A stretch of DNA of 54,254 nucleotides from Nannocystaceae bacterium (lineage in GTDB: Bacteria; Myxococcota_A; Polyangia; Nannocystales; Nannocystaceae): NCBI GenBank assembly GCA_040265175.1, contig JBDQGY010000001.1:1-54254 (forward strand), in the 5' to 3' direction. Both the position numbers and the translations under genes were made by a program. A model generated the notes under the pieces. The model ran no database searches and was not told the origin of the DNA. It saw only the letters and a list, made by a program, of their open reading frames with translations. This document shows, in pieces, positions 33,208-41,718 of this stretch (the first letter of the stretch is position 1; each line of letters begins with the position of its first letter).

Positions 33208-35940
33208 ATGGGTTACAACCATCGCACCTTGGGCGCCCCGCACAACTCCGCTGATTCTCCCGTGATGCGCCAGTATCTAGAGATCAAGTCGAGGTATGAC
33301 GACGCGGTCTTGATGTTCCGAATGGGGGACTTTTACGAGATGTTCTTTGAGGACGCGGTCACCGTGGGTCCCGTCCTCGACATCGCCGTGACCAGCCGCG
33401 ACCGAAACGCGGAGCAGCCGGTGCCGATGGCGGGGGTGCCCTACCACGCCATCGGTGGGTACCTGAGGACGCTGGTGCAGCAGGGCTTCAAGGTCGCCAT
33501 CTGCGAACAGATGGAGACCCCAGAGCAAGCCAAACGCAGGAAGGGGCCGAAGATTGTGCGGCGAGAGGTGGTGCGGGTCGTGACGCCTGGGGCGCTGCTC
33601 GACGAGGAGCACCTGGAACGCGGCGAGCCGAACTACCTCGTGGCGGTGGTGCGCGGGCCCGGCGAGACCAACCTCGGACTCTCCGGCCTCGACATTTCCT
33701 CCGGAGACTTTTTCACGGCGATTCCCGGAGACGTGCACGCGTTGAAAGCCGAACTCGCTCGCATCGCGCCTCGAGAGATCGTCGCGCTGGAGCGGGACCA
33801 CGAGTGGCTGGTGGCGACGCTCGGGCAAGACTGCCCTCGACTCGAGGTGGCCGAGCAGGGGGCGAGCGACGCCTCGAGCCAACGGGTACTCGCGCTTGAC
33901 GAAGAGAGCGGCGGCCGCGGCTCGCTGGACCCCGTGGGCCGGGACGCGGCGGCCATGGCATTGGAGTACGCCGAGTCCACCCAGCCCGGTCAAACGTTGC
34001 TGATCCACCGCATGCGGCGACACAACCTGGGCGCGCACGTGCTGCTCGATGAGGCGTCCTTGAGGAATCTCGAGATCTTCGCGACGATGCGGGAGGGCCG
34101 TCGCAAGGGCACGCTGATTTGGGCGATGGACCAGACCGCCACGGCCATGGGCGCCCGGATGTTGCGGAGCTGGATCGGTGCTCCCGTACGGACCCTTGAG
34201 ACCATCGGCGCACGCCAAGATGGTATCGAACTGCTGGTGGATCGAAGCGCGGCTCGCGAGGAGATCCAGTCCTGCCTCAAGGACATTCGTGACATGGCGC
34301 GGATCGCCTCCCGCGCCCGGCTAAACGCGATCAATCCGCGCGAGATGGGGGCGCTGCGGGCCTCGCTTGGCGCGCTCCCGAGGGTCGCCGCGCGCCTCGC
34401 GAGCTTGGACGACAGCCCCTCGACGGTGGGGCGGCCGCACTTGTTGAATCTCGGCGATGACCTTCTGCACGACCTGTGGGAGACGCTCGTTCATCGACTC
34501 ATCGCCGACCCACCCTCTGTGGCCCGTGAGGGGGGCGTGATCGCGGACGGAGCCGATGGTTTCCTTGACGAGCAACGAACACTCGCCGCCGGCGCGCGCG
34601 CGGTGCTCGCGGAAATCGAGGCCCGCGAGCGTGCAGCCACGGAGATTCCGACCCTCAAGATTCAACACAACAGGGTCTTCGGGTACTACATCGAGGTCTC
34701 CAAGACTCACCTGGCGCGGGTACCTAGTGACTATGTTCGCAAGCAAACCCTCGCGAACGCGGAGCGCTATGTGACGCCAGAGCTCGCCGGACTCGAGGAG
34801 AAGATCCTCGCGGCTCAAGGGGCCGCGCTGACCCGCGAACTCGAGCTGTTTCAAGAGCTGCGAGACATCATCTCCGAGGCCGCGCATCGCCTGCTCGATG
34901 TGGCAGAGCGCGTGGCGACCGTGGACGTGCTGTGCGCCATGGCGCAGGTGGCTCAAGAGTGTGATTTCGTCCGGCCCGAGGTGGTGGACGCCCCCGTGTT
35001 CGACGTCGAGGAGAGCCGGCACCCGGTGGTGGAGCGGATGCTACCCGCGGGTCGATTTGTTCCCAACGATCTGCGACTTCGGGCTCAAGGCAGCGGCGCG
35101 GAGCCGCGGCTCATGCTGGTGACGGGTCCGAATATGGGGGGCAAGAGCACGGTGATGCGTCAGGCGGCCTTGATGGTTTTGCTCGCCCACACGGGTTCCT
35201 TTGTGCCGGCGAAGCGCGCTCGCATCGGCCTCGTCGATCGAATCTTCACTCGGGTGGGAGCGGCCGATGATCTCGGCCGGGGCGAGAGCACCTTCATGGT
35301 CGAGATGCGCGAGACGGCGCAGATCCTCACGCAGGCCACTGTCCGCTCGATGGTCGTTCTTGATGAGATCGGCAGGGGGACGGCGACCTACGACGGGCTC
35401 TCGTTGGCCTGGGCTATCACCGAGTTTTTGCACGACCAAATCGGATGTCGCGCGCTCTTCGCTACCCATTATCATGAGCTTTGTGGCTTGAGCGCCCGGC
35501 TCGCCGGGGTGAAGAACGCGCACGTGACCGTCCACGAGCAGCGGGGCCGGGTTGTGTTCTTGCATCGACTTGAGGATGGCGCCGCGGGGCGAAGCTATGG
35601 GATCCACGTCGGGAAACTCGCGGGGCTCCCACGCCAGGTGCTGCGGAGGGCAGGCAAGATTTTAGGGAGGCTTGAGCAGCAAGAACGGGTGGGCTTGTCG
35701 CCACAGCTTGACCTGTTTGCGTCTCAGGCGCCGCTGGAGGAGGCGTCGCCCGCCGCGAGCGATCCCTCGGGGGTGCGCGCGGCGGAGGCGGTGGACCTGC
35801 TCCGCGCCATGGACCCGGACGAACTGTCGCCCCGGCAGGCACACGCCCGCCTGTGCGACCTGGTGGCGCTGCTGTCCGAGGAGCCGAGCGCCGACGCCAA
35901 CGACCCAGGGGGCTCGAACGAAGGGCCTCGACTCCGGTAG
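33208..35940 (+). CDS. mutS: DNA mismatch repair protein MutS
   Basis: ATG 33208 follows GGAGGTGA. The N-terminus reads SPVMRQYLEIKSRYDDAVLMFRMGDFYEMFFEDA. Walker A TGPNMGGKST and DEIGRGTATYDG are present. Confidence 0.97.
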   Translation: MGYNHRTLGAPHNSADSPVMRQYLEIKSRYDDAVLMFRMGDFYEMFFEDAVTVGPVLDIAVTSRDRNAEQPVPMAGVPYHAIGGYLRTLVQQGFKVAICEQMETPEQAKRRKGPKIVRREVVRVVTPGALLDEEHLERGEPNYLVAVVRGPGETNLGLSGLDISSGDFFTAIPGDVHALKAELARIAPREIVALERDHEWLVATLGQDCPRLEVAEQGASDASSQRVLALDEESGGRGSLDPVGRDAAAMALEYAESTQPGQTLLIHRMRRHNLGAHVLLDEASLRNLEIFATMREGRRKGTLIWAMDQTATAMGARMLRSWIGAPVRTLETIGARQDGIELLVDRSAAREEIQSCLKDIRDMARIASRARLNAINPREMGALRASLGALPRVAARLASLDDSPSTVGRPHLLNLGDDLLHDLWETLVHRLIADPPSVAREGGVIADGADGFLDEQRTLAAGARAVLAEIEARERAATEIPTLKIQHNRVFGYYIEVSKTHLARVPSDYVRKQTLANAERYVTPELAGLEEKILAAQGAALTRELELFQELRDIISEAAHRLLDVAERVATVDVLCAMAQVAQECDFVRPEVVDAPVFDVEESRHPVVERMLPAGRFVPNDLRLRAQGSGAEPRLMLVTGPNMGGKSTVMRQAALMVLLAHTGSFVPAKRARIGLVDRIFTRVGAADDLGRGESTFMVEMRETAQILTQATVRSMVVLDEIGRGTATYDGLSLAWAITEFLHDQIGCRALFATHYHELCGLSARLAGVKNAHVTVHEQRGRVVFLHRLEDGAAGRSYGIHVGKLAGLPRQVLRRAGKILGRLEQQERVGLSPQLDLFASQAPLEEASPAASDPSGVRAAEAVDLLRAMDPDELSPRQAHARLCDLVALLSEEPSADANDPGGSNEGPRLR

Positions 35941-35949
35941 TCTCTCCCC

Positions 35950-36477
35950 ATGGCCACGTCCAAGAAACCGCGCGCGAAGGCGAGTAAGAGTCCACGGTCC
36001 ACGAGCAAGCGACAGTGCTGGCTCATGAAGTCTGAGCCTGATGTCTACGGCATCGACACCCTCGAGCGAGAGGGACGCACGGGCTGGGATGGCATCCGAA
36101 ACTATCAGGCTCGTAACTTCATGCGCGACGAGATGCGGGTGGGGGATGAGGTCTTGTTTTATCACTCGAACGCGAAGCCCCCTGGCGTCGCGGGCTTGGC
36201 ACGGGTTTCCCGGCTCGGTGTCGTGGACCACACGCAGTTTGACTCCGAGAATAAGTACTTTGATCCAAAGTCGGATCCTGACAACCCGCGGTGGGTCATG
36301 GTGGAGGTGGAGTTCGTCGAGCGCTTCGAGGAGGAGCTTTCGCTGGAATGGTTGAAGTCGCAGGCGGCGCTCAAGGACATGCTGGTCGTCCAGCGAGGCC
36401 AGCGGCTGTCGATTCAACCGGTGAAGCCGCGTCACTTTGATCTCGTCGTGAAAGCCGGTCGGCGAGCGTCGTCGTGA
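35950..36477 (+). CDS. EVE domain (PUA-like) protein
   Basis: ATG 35950 lies 9 nt after the mutS stop. The sequence reads CWLMKSEPDVYGIDTLEREGRTGWDGIRNYQARNFMRDEMRVGDEVLFYHSN..GVAGLARV..PRWVMVEV. Confidence 0.88.
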   Translation: MATSKKPRAKASKSPRSTSKRQCWLMKSEPDVYGIDTLEREGRTGWDGIRNYQARNFMRDEMRVGDEVLFYHSNAKPPGVAGLARVSRLGVVDHTQFDSENKYFDPKSDPDNPRWVMVEVEFVERFEEELSLEWLKSQAALKDMLVVQRGQRLSIQPVKPRHFDLVVKAGRRASS

Positions 36478-36647
36478 GAGACGTCCTCGGTGGGGGGGGG
36501 CGCAGCGTCGGACATTGGCGGGGACCCCTGGATGTCGTGAGTCGCTCGCGTGCATCTCGCGAGAATCGGCGAATAAAACAGCCAGACGACAGTTCCACGC
36601 CGATCGGTTCCGGCCGCGTCGGCGTGTGTTACGTTCCCACCGCGAGA

Positions 36648-37676
36648 ATGCCCATGCGACACACACGTACCGGAATGCAACGTTTACTCCTCGGACTGTT
36701 CGTCATCTCAGGGTGCCGCGCGAGCTATGTGGCGGAGGCGCCCGAGCTCGAAGGCGAAGACGAACTCGTCGGCGTCCGCGGTCAGGTCGATGAAGAGATC
36801 GATCCCGAGGCCGCGCTCGATGAGAAATTTGGCGCGCGCGCCGAACTGCCAGCTCGGCCGACCGTGAAAGAGGTCTGCAAGGGAAAGGGGAGCGCCCGCA
36901 CTTGCGTCAAAAAAGATCCAAAACCTGAGGTCACAGCGGCCTACGGCGCTCGACGCTTCCTGCAGGGGATGCGATGGGGGATGTCCCGCGACGAGGTGCT
37001 TGAGGCGCTCAAGCGCGAGGTGGAGGAGGAGTACCAAGAGCGGCAAAAAGCGACGCGGGATCCGGTGGTCCAGGATAAGAACCGCAGTTGGAAACGCGAA
37101 GAGCTCGACAAGCTGAGCTTGAACCTGGTGGCGTTCGACACTCGCACCCAGCACAAGTGGGGGGTCAGCTTGATCCAGTTCGAGTACGCGGACGACGCGG
37201 GAGAGACGATGCTGTGGCTGCGCTCGAACAGCAACCTCAAGAAGTTCTACTTCTTCGAGGGTGACAAGCTCTGGAAGGTTGTCTACGCGTACGGCATGGA
37301 TTCATGGCCGAAGGAAGATCACAAGCAGGTCAAGGAGGATCACTTCATGAAGTGGTTCGGATACTCCCCCGAAGAGCGGGTGAAACAAGACCCGGAGACC
37401 TTCGCCCCAATCGTTCGCTTCGCGGAGTGGAAATCCATGGACAACGACATCGTCCGTGCATTCGACCTGACCGCTGTACACGGCGTGCATGTCGTCGCCT
37501 TGATCTCCGGGGACGCGGAGGCTCGAATTGGAGAGCGGCTCCCGCACGTCGTGGCAGACGGTGACTTCTCGGACGCGGTCAATGATGTGCTCGGTGGGCC
37601 CGCGGTGTGTTACGACGCCGACGGCAACTTCATCGAGGACGCAAAGAAATGCGCCATGCTCGAACTTGAAGAGTAG
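36648..37676 (+). CDS. Hypothetical lipoprotein
   Basis: The ORF track starts at GTG 36474, inside the EVE gene end. ATG 36648, 36654 or 36675 give ..MQRLLLGLFVISGC-RAS (lipobox). The protein is charged and Lys/Glu-rich. I recognise no family. Confidence 0.7.
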   Translation: MPMRHTRTGMQRLLLGLFVISGCRASYVAEAPELEGEDELVGVRGQVDEEIDPEAALDEKFGARAELPARPTVKEVCKGKGSARTCVKKDPKPEVTAAYGARRFLQGMRWGMSRDEVLEALKREVEEEYQERQKATRDPVVQDKNRSWKREELDKLSLNLVAFDTRTQHKWGVSLIQFEYADDAGETMLWLRSNSNLKKFYFFEGDKLWKVVYAYGMDSWPKEDHKQVKEDHFMKWFGYSPEERVKQDPETFAPIVRFAEWKSMDNDIVRAFDLTAVHGVHVVALISGDAEARIGERLPHVVADGDFSDAVNDVLGGPAVCYDADGNFIEDAKKCAMLELEE

Positions 37677-37696
37677 GTTACGGCGGCGTCGCCCAC

Positions 37697-39271
37697 TCAG
37701 GGGCTCAGCGAGCCGACCCACGGTTGCATGGGGTCGGGTAGGTTTTGTCGTGCGCTCCCGACGAGCTGGATCTGATTGTCCGCGCCAACGGCGACGCCGC
37801 GGGCCTCGCTTGTTCCAGTAGCGAAGGTCAATCCGGCGCCCGTCCGGACCCACATCACGGCGCCGTCGGTGTCGTGCTTCCGTGCGTGCATAGTTGGGCA
37901 GGCGACGTAGACAGGGGTGCACACCGAGCCGACGAGGACGAACTTGCCCTGCGGGTCGATGGCTAAATCGTGGATGCGGTCGTTGTTGCCGCCTCCGTCG
38001 ACCACCTCAAGCCAGACTTCCGCGCCGTCGGTGTCGAGGGTGGCGAGGACGATGTCGGCGTCGCCAGGGGTCAACTCCACGGTCCCAGCGACCACGAGCT
38101 CTCCGGTGAGGCTGAGACCGATGGCCGTGAGCTCGTCGTGGGCGCCGAGATGGTCGTGCTGCCAGGTCCACAGCAGCGCGCCTTCATCGTCGTAGGCAGA
38201 AACCAGGAGATCCCCGCCGTTGTCGGCGGTGCCGACGCTTCCCACGGCGTAGACATTGCCGGCGGGCCCCACGAGGAGGTCATGGTAGACGTCCTCGGCG
38301 AAGCCGCTGTCCTCGATGACGGTCCACTCGGTGTTGCCTAGGACGTCGACGCGGGAGATCCAGCGCTCGGTGGCGGTCACCAGCGGCGAGGTGCGGACGC
38401 CGACGGCGAAGGCACCGGCGGTGGCATTGGAGGCGACCGCGCGCACCTCCGCGGGGGCGAGGAGTGCGTCCGAGGGGAACGCCGTCCACAACACTTGGCC
38501 GTCGGGGGCGACGCGCGAGATCCAAGGGTGATCCACGAGGGAGGCGTCGCGGACTCGGCCTCCGACATAGCTCGACAGGTCTTCTGCGAGCGTGCTCGCC
38601 ACCGCATACTCGTCGTTGAGGGAGACATCCAAGGGCTGGTAGGTGGTCGACGACCAGCTGGAGTCTGCGCGGACCATCAGTCCGGTCACCTGGGCGTCCA
38701 CCGTGGTCCCGACGGCGATTCGCTCGTCGGCGCCGGTGATCGCGACGCCGTACAGCGACGCGCTCCCTTGGACAGGCAAGATCTCCGAGGTGAGCAGCTG
38801 TCCTGAAAAATCACAATTGTTGTTGCAGCCGTCGCCGTCAACGGCGTTGCCATCATCGCAAGCTTCGCCCGCCTGGACGACGCCATCTCCACAGAGGTCG
38901 CCGTCGCCGTCGCCGTCACCGTCGCCGTCGCCGTCACCGTCACCGTCGCCGTCACCGTCGCCGTCGCCGGTCTCGCCGTCGCCGGTCTCGCCGTCCTCGG
39001 TCTCGCCGTCCTCGGTCTCGCCGGTCTCGCCGTCGCCAGTCTCGCCGGGAACCTGACCGCCGGTCCCCGTGTCGCTCGCGCCCGCGTTCCCCGTGGTCTC
39101 CGAGGTCGATTCGGGGCTGATTTCGACCTCGCCGCCGCATCCAACCGAGAGCAGCGCGCCGCAGATTCCTCCGCTTAGGAGGAGGTACGTAAGGTCCCGC
39201 ACCCTCAGGGCATCGCATGCTGGGTTCGAGACTTGAGTACGGCGTCCGGCGCATGGCCCGAAGCGGTCCAT
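37697..39271 (-). CDS. Lipoprotein: (GETGDG)/(DG)n tract, Myxococcus cysteine-rich repeat, PQQ/BamB-like beta-propeller
   Basis: ORF 37697..39334. Plausible starts are ATG 39271 or GTG 39202, before LLLSGGICGALLSVGC-GG (lipobox). CGDGVVQAGEACDDGNAVDGDGCNNNC matches the Myxococcus cysteine-rich repeat. Recurrent DG.vlWt blades follow (DGQVLWTAF, GNTEWTVI, GALLWTWQ, GAEVWLEV, GAVMWVRT). Confidence 0.8.
   Translation of the reverse strand: MDRFGPCAGRRTQVSNPACDALRVRDLTYLLLSGGICGALLSVGCGGEVEISPESTSETTGNAGASDTGTGGQVPGETGDGETGETEDGETEDGETGDGETGDGDGDGDGDGDGDGDGDGDGDGDLCGDGVVQAGEACDDGNAVDGDGCNNNCDFSGQLLTSEILPVQGSASLYGVAITGADERIAVGTTVDAQVTGLMVRADSSWSSTTYQPLDVSLNDEYAVASTLAEDLSSYVGGRVRDASLVDHPWISRVAPDGQVLWTAFPSDALLAPAEVRAVASNATAGAFAVGVRTSPLVTATERWISRVDVLGNTEWTVIEDSGFAEDVYHDLLVGPAGNVYAVGSVGTADNGGDLLVSAYDDEGALLWTWQHDHLGAHDELTAIGLSLTGELVVAGTVELTPGDADIVLATLDTDGAEVWLEVVDGGGNNDRIHDLAIDPQGKFVLVGSVCTPVYVACPTMHARKHDTDGAVMWVRTGAGLTFATGTSEARGVAVGADNQIQLVGSARQNLPDPMQPWVGSLSP
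38897..39047. repeat. Hexanucleotide (GYCGYC)n plus dodecanucleotide ggtctcgccgtc repeats encoding (DG)n and GETGDGETED units
   Basis: Direct reading of 38897-39047. This is the same repeat type as at 103-210 and 848-1190. Confidence 0.9.
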
Positions 39272-39317
39272 GCGCCGGCGCGGTGGACCCCCACGAGATC
39301 TTGTCCTCGCAAACGAG

Positions 39318-39749
39318 CTACAGCAGGGTGCCAAATCGCTCGTAGCACACCGGGGGGCAGTCGATTCCGTTGGGGGCGATGGGCTCGGCGTCAGGCTCCA
39401 CGCTCAAGGAGATGCTCTGGGATTCGACGACGGGCGTGAGGGACTCCGCCTCGTAGATGGACAAGGTCACCGAGTATCGCGGCTGGGAAGGGGCGCTGAG
39501 GACGATGCCGTTGCTGCCACACTCGTAGGAGAAGGCCGCCTCGGCCGGTATCTCCGCCGCGGGAAGATTGCACGGGAGCAGCACCCCATCTGCGTCCACC
39601 TCAAACCAGTAGGCGTCGCCGGGACTTTGGGCGAAGGTCAGCACGATTTTATCCTCGCAGCCGATCTCGGTGCACGCCTGAGATGGTGCGAGACACGCCG
39701 CGGGCAGCATGCAGAGGGTTGTGGCCGCGACTAAACAACAGCTTCGCAT
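39318..39749 (-). CDS. Small secreted cysteine-rich protein (143 aa)
   Basis: ORF track 39318..40211. ATG 39749 gives MRSCCLVAATTLCMLPAACLAPSQAC.. (signal peptide). G/C is high at third codon positions. The mature part has 7 Cys. It lies upstream of, and on the same strand as, the propeller lipoprotein gene. Confidence 0.65.
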   Translation of the reverse strand: MRSCCLVAATTLCMLPAACLAPSQACTEIGCEDKIVLTFAQSPGDAYWFEVDADGVLLPCNLPAAEIPAEAAFSYECGSNGIVLSAPSQPRYSVTLSIYEAESLTPVVESQSISLSVEPDAEPIAPNGIDCPPVCYERFGTLL

Positions 39750-39794
39750 GCGGAGGTTGTACCTCCCTGCGCACCAGCCTGCTAGTGTCTCGGG

Positions 39795-40373
39795 GTGGCA
39801 ATGGGCATCACCATGGCGTTCCCCGCGGACTGGCGGGGGAGACTCGCCCGCGGGGCCGGGTGGAGCGTGGGGATTTTGTTCGCCTTGTGGGTGATGGGCG
39901 GTGTCACACCGACGGCCATGGTCAACGAGGTCGCCGCGGTCATCGCGGGGCAACTCAAGGCGGTCTTCGTGGCGAACGACATGGGCCTCCTCGCCACCAA
40001 GGTCGAGAAACTCGTCGGGTTTATCCGCGGCGTGCTGAGGCTGCTCGGCGCCACGCTCGGCGTCCCCGTGGCGCTCCTCGTGACTCGCTTCGCGGCGTTT
40101 TGGTTGCCGACGACGCCGGTGTTGTTTCGCCGGACGCTGTGGTTTCGCAGCTACGGGCGACGATACCGACTCTCCGTCTACGACATTCGCGCCGTGTTCG
40201 TGGCGGTGCACCCCGCGGCCGAGGGGGAGGTGCTGTGTTTGGAGCTTCGCGACGGGCGGAGGCTCCCCTTATGCCCCGTGGACTGGTCCGGTGCGGGCCG
40301 GCTCTATGGCAAGATCACCGCGGCCAAGCGAGGACGCAGGACGCGGCGCGCCTCGCGAGCAGTGGAGCGATAA
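39795..40373 (+). CDS. Hypothetical membrane protein (2-3 TM, basic C-terminal tail)
   Basis: GTG 39795 or ATG 39801. G/C is high at third codon positions. TM segments are WSVGILFALWVMGGV and LLGATLGVPVALLVTRFAAFWL. I recognise no family. Confidence 0.6.
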   Translation: MAMGITMAFPADWRGRLARGAGWSVGILFALWVMGGVTPTAMVNEVAAVIAGQLKAVFVANDMGLLATKVEKLVGFIRGVLRLLGATLGVPVALLVTRFAAFWLPTTPVLFRRTLWFRSYGRRYRLSVYDIRAVFVAVHPAAEGEVLCLELRDGRRLPLCPVDWSGAGRLYGKITAAKRGRRTRRASRAVER

Positions 40374-40414
40374 GAAGACCGGCTCGGACGCGGGGGGGGA
40401 CCGGGACGAAGACC

Positions 40415-41044
40415 CTACGCGTCGAAGGCTCGGCGATGGAGAAAATGGCCCAAAATCGCCGCGCACAAAAGCATCGCGACGCCTCCACCGATGTGGTTGG
40501 GGACCACGTGACCAAAGGTGGTGTCGGCGCAGTGCCAGGTCGAGGTGTTGAGGGCCGCCATCGCGACACCGCTCGCGATCCAAAAACCGGCGGCCGGGCG
40601 GGCGCGCTGAAGAAAGGCGCCGCTCCATCCACCGATGGCGAGCAACGCCACACCGACCACCGTCTGCAGGGCGAAGCACGGCCCCACCAACCATGGACCT
40701 CCAGGGTTCACGCTCCAGTCAAACGAGCCGGCGATGGTGAGGACAAGGGCCGCGCAGATGAGGAGGGCCTTGGTGCGCGCCGTGGGGAAGATGACGCCTA
40801 GGCCAACCGCGGGCAACACTCCAAGGCACAAGGTCCAGACCCCCACCTGCGCGAGGATCTGCCACCACGGTTGCTCGAGCAGGCTGCCGCGAATTCCGGC
40901 GATGCTGAAGACCACCGCAGCCACCGCGACCCAGGCGACAAAGGCGGGGAGGAAATGACGGCGCTTCTCACGAGTCAGGGCCCGCAAGTCGGCGTCGATG
41001 GCGTGTTGCGCGACGCCGGCGGGTGAGGCTTGGTTGGGGTTCAT
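40415..41044 (-). CDS. Multi-pass membrane anti-sigma factor, NrsF-like (DUF1109-like)
   Basis: ORF track 40415..41098. ATG 41044 overlaps the sigma gene stop (ATGA). About six TM helices are present. A Cys/His cluster sits near the C-terminus (WHCADTTFGHVVPNH). The position is immediately downstream of an ECF sigma gene. Confidence 0.6.
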   Translation of the reverse strand: MNPNQASPAGVAQHAIDADLRALTREKRRHFLPAFVAWVAVAAVVFSIAGIRGSLLEQPWWQILAQVGVWTLCLGVLPAVGLGVIFPTARTKALLICAALVLTIAGSFDWSVNPGGPWLVGPCFALQTVVGVALLAIGGWSGAFLQRARPAAGFWIASGVAMAALNTSTWHCADTTFGHVVPNHIGGGVAMLLCAAILGHFLHRRAFDA

Positions 41045-41718
41045 GCGGGGCCTTTGATGCTCCAGCCATGCAGCGAGTGAGAGGTGATCACGAAGCACGC
41101 GAGGGCAGGGAGCAACCCCTCCAACCGACGCGCGAGAGACTTGTAGGCTCGGTGGGCTCGGACGCGCGCGGTGCCTTCTTGGATCGACAAGCGCTCGGCG
41201 ACCTGGGCCATGCTCATGCCCTTGAGTTTGTGAAGTTCGACCACGTCACGCTGGCCGGGCGGGAGCTTGGAGATGGCGCTGCGAACTCGACGCATCACAT
41301 CGCGCGTCTCCTCGTCTTCGGCCATGGCGGTGTCCGGAGAGGGAGCGGCGTCTTCGAGCACTCGATCCACACCACCCGCGGCGTCCAAGTCGACCTCCCG
41401 CGCTCGCTGCCGTGACGACTTGCGGGCCAAGTCCAGCGCGGTGTGACGTCCGATGGTGTAGTACCAAGCCCGCACCGAGCCGTCCGCGTCGCTGGGGGAG
41501 GCGACGAATTGATGTCGGGCGAGGTGTGCTTTGAGCAGGGTCATCTGAACCACGTCATCGAGGGCGGCCTCATCTTGAACGTAGCGTCGGAGCATACGAC
41601 GCAGGCGCGGAGTGAGGAGGGACTCGAGGGTCGCGAACGCTCGGGGATCCCCGTCCACATACCGAGCCATGAGGGCGCCGGCTCCGCGTGGAAGCTGCTC
41701 GGGCTCGTCGTTGGTCAT
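41041..41718 (-). CDS. ECF-type RNA polymerase sigma factor
   Basis: ORF track 41041..41781. ATG 41718 overlaps the upstream stop (ATGA). Region 2 reads DDVVQMTLLKAHLARHQF..AWYYTIGRHTALD. Region 4 reads MSMAQVAERLSIQEGTARVRAHRAYKSL. Confidence 0.88.
   Translation of the reverse strand: MTNDEPEQLPRGAGALMARYVDGDPRAFATLESLLTPRLRRMLRRYVQDEAALDDVVQMTLLKAHLARHQFVASPSDADGSVRAWYYTIGRHTALDLARKSSRQRAREVDLDAAGGVDRVLEDAAPSPDTAMAEDEETRDVMRRVRSAISKLPPGQRDVVELHKLKGMSMAQVAERLSIQEGTARVRAHRAYKSLARRLEGLLPALACFVITSHSLHGWSIKGPA

Noticed and set aside
39213-39240. GGGTTCGAGAC motif resembling a tRNA T-loop
   Set aside because: There is no complementary T-stem or acceptor stem. It lies within the 5' region of the propeller lipoprotein ORF.
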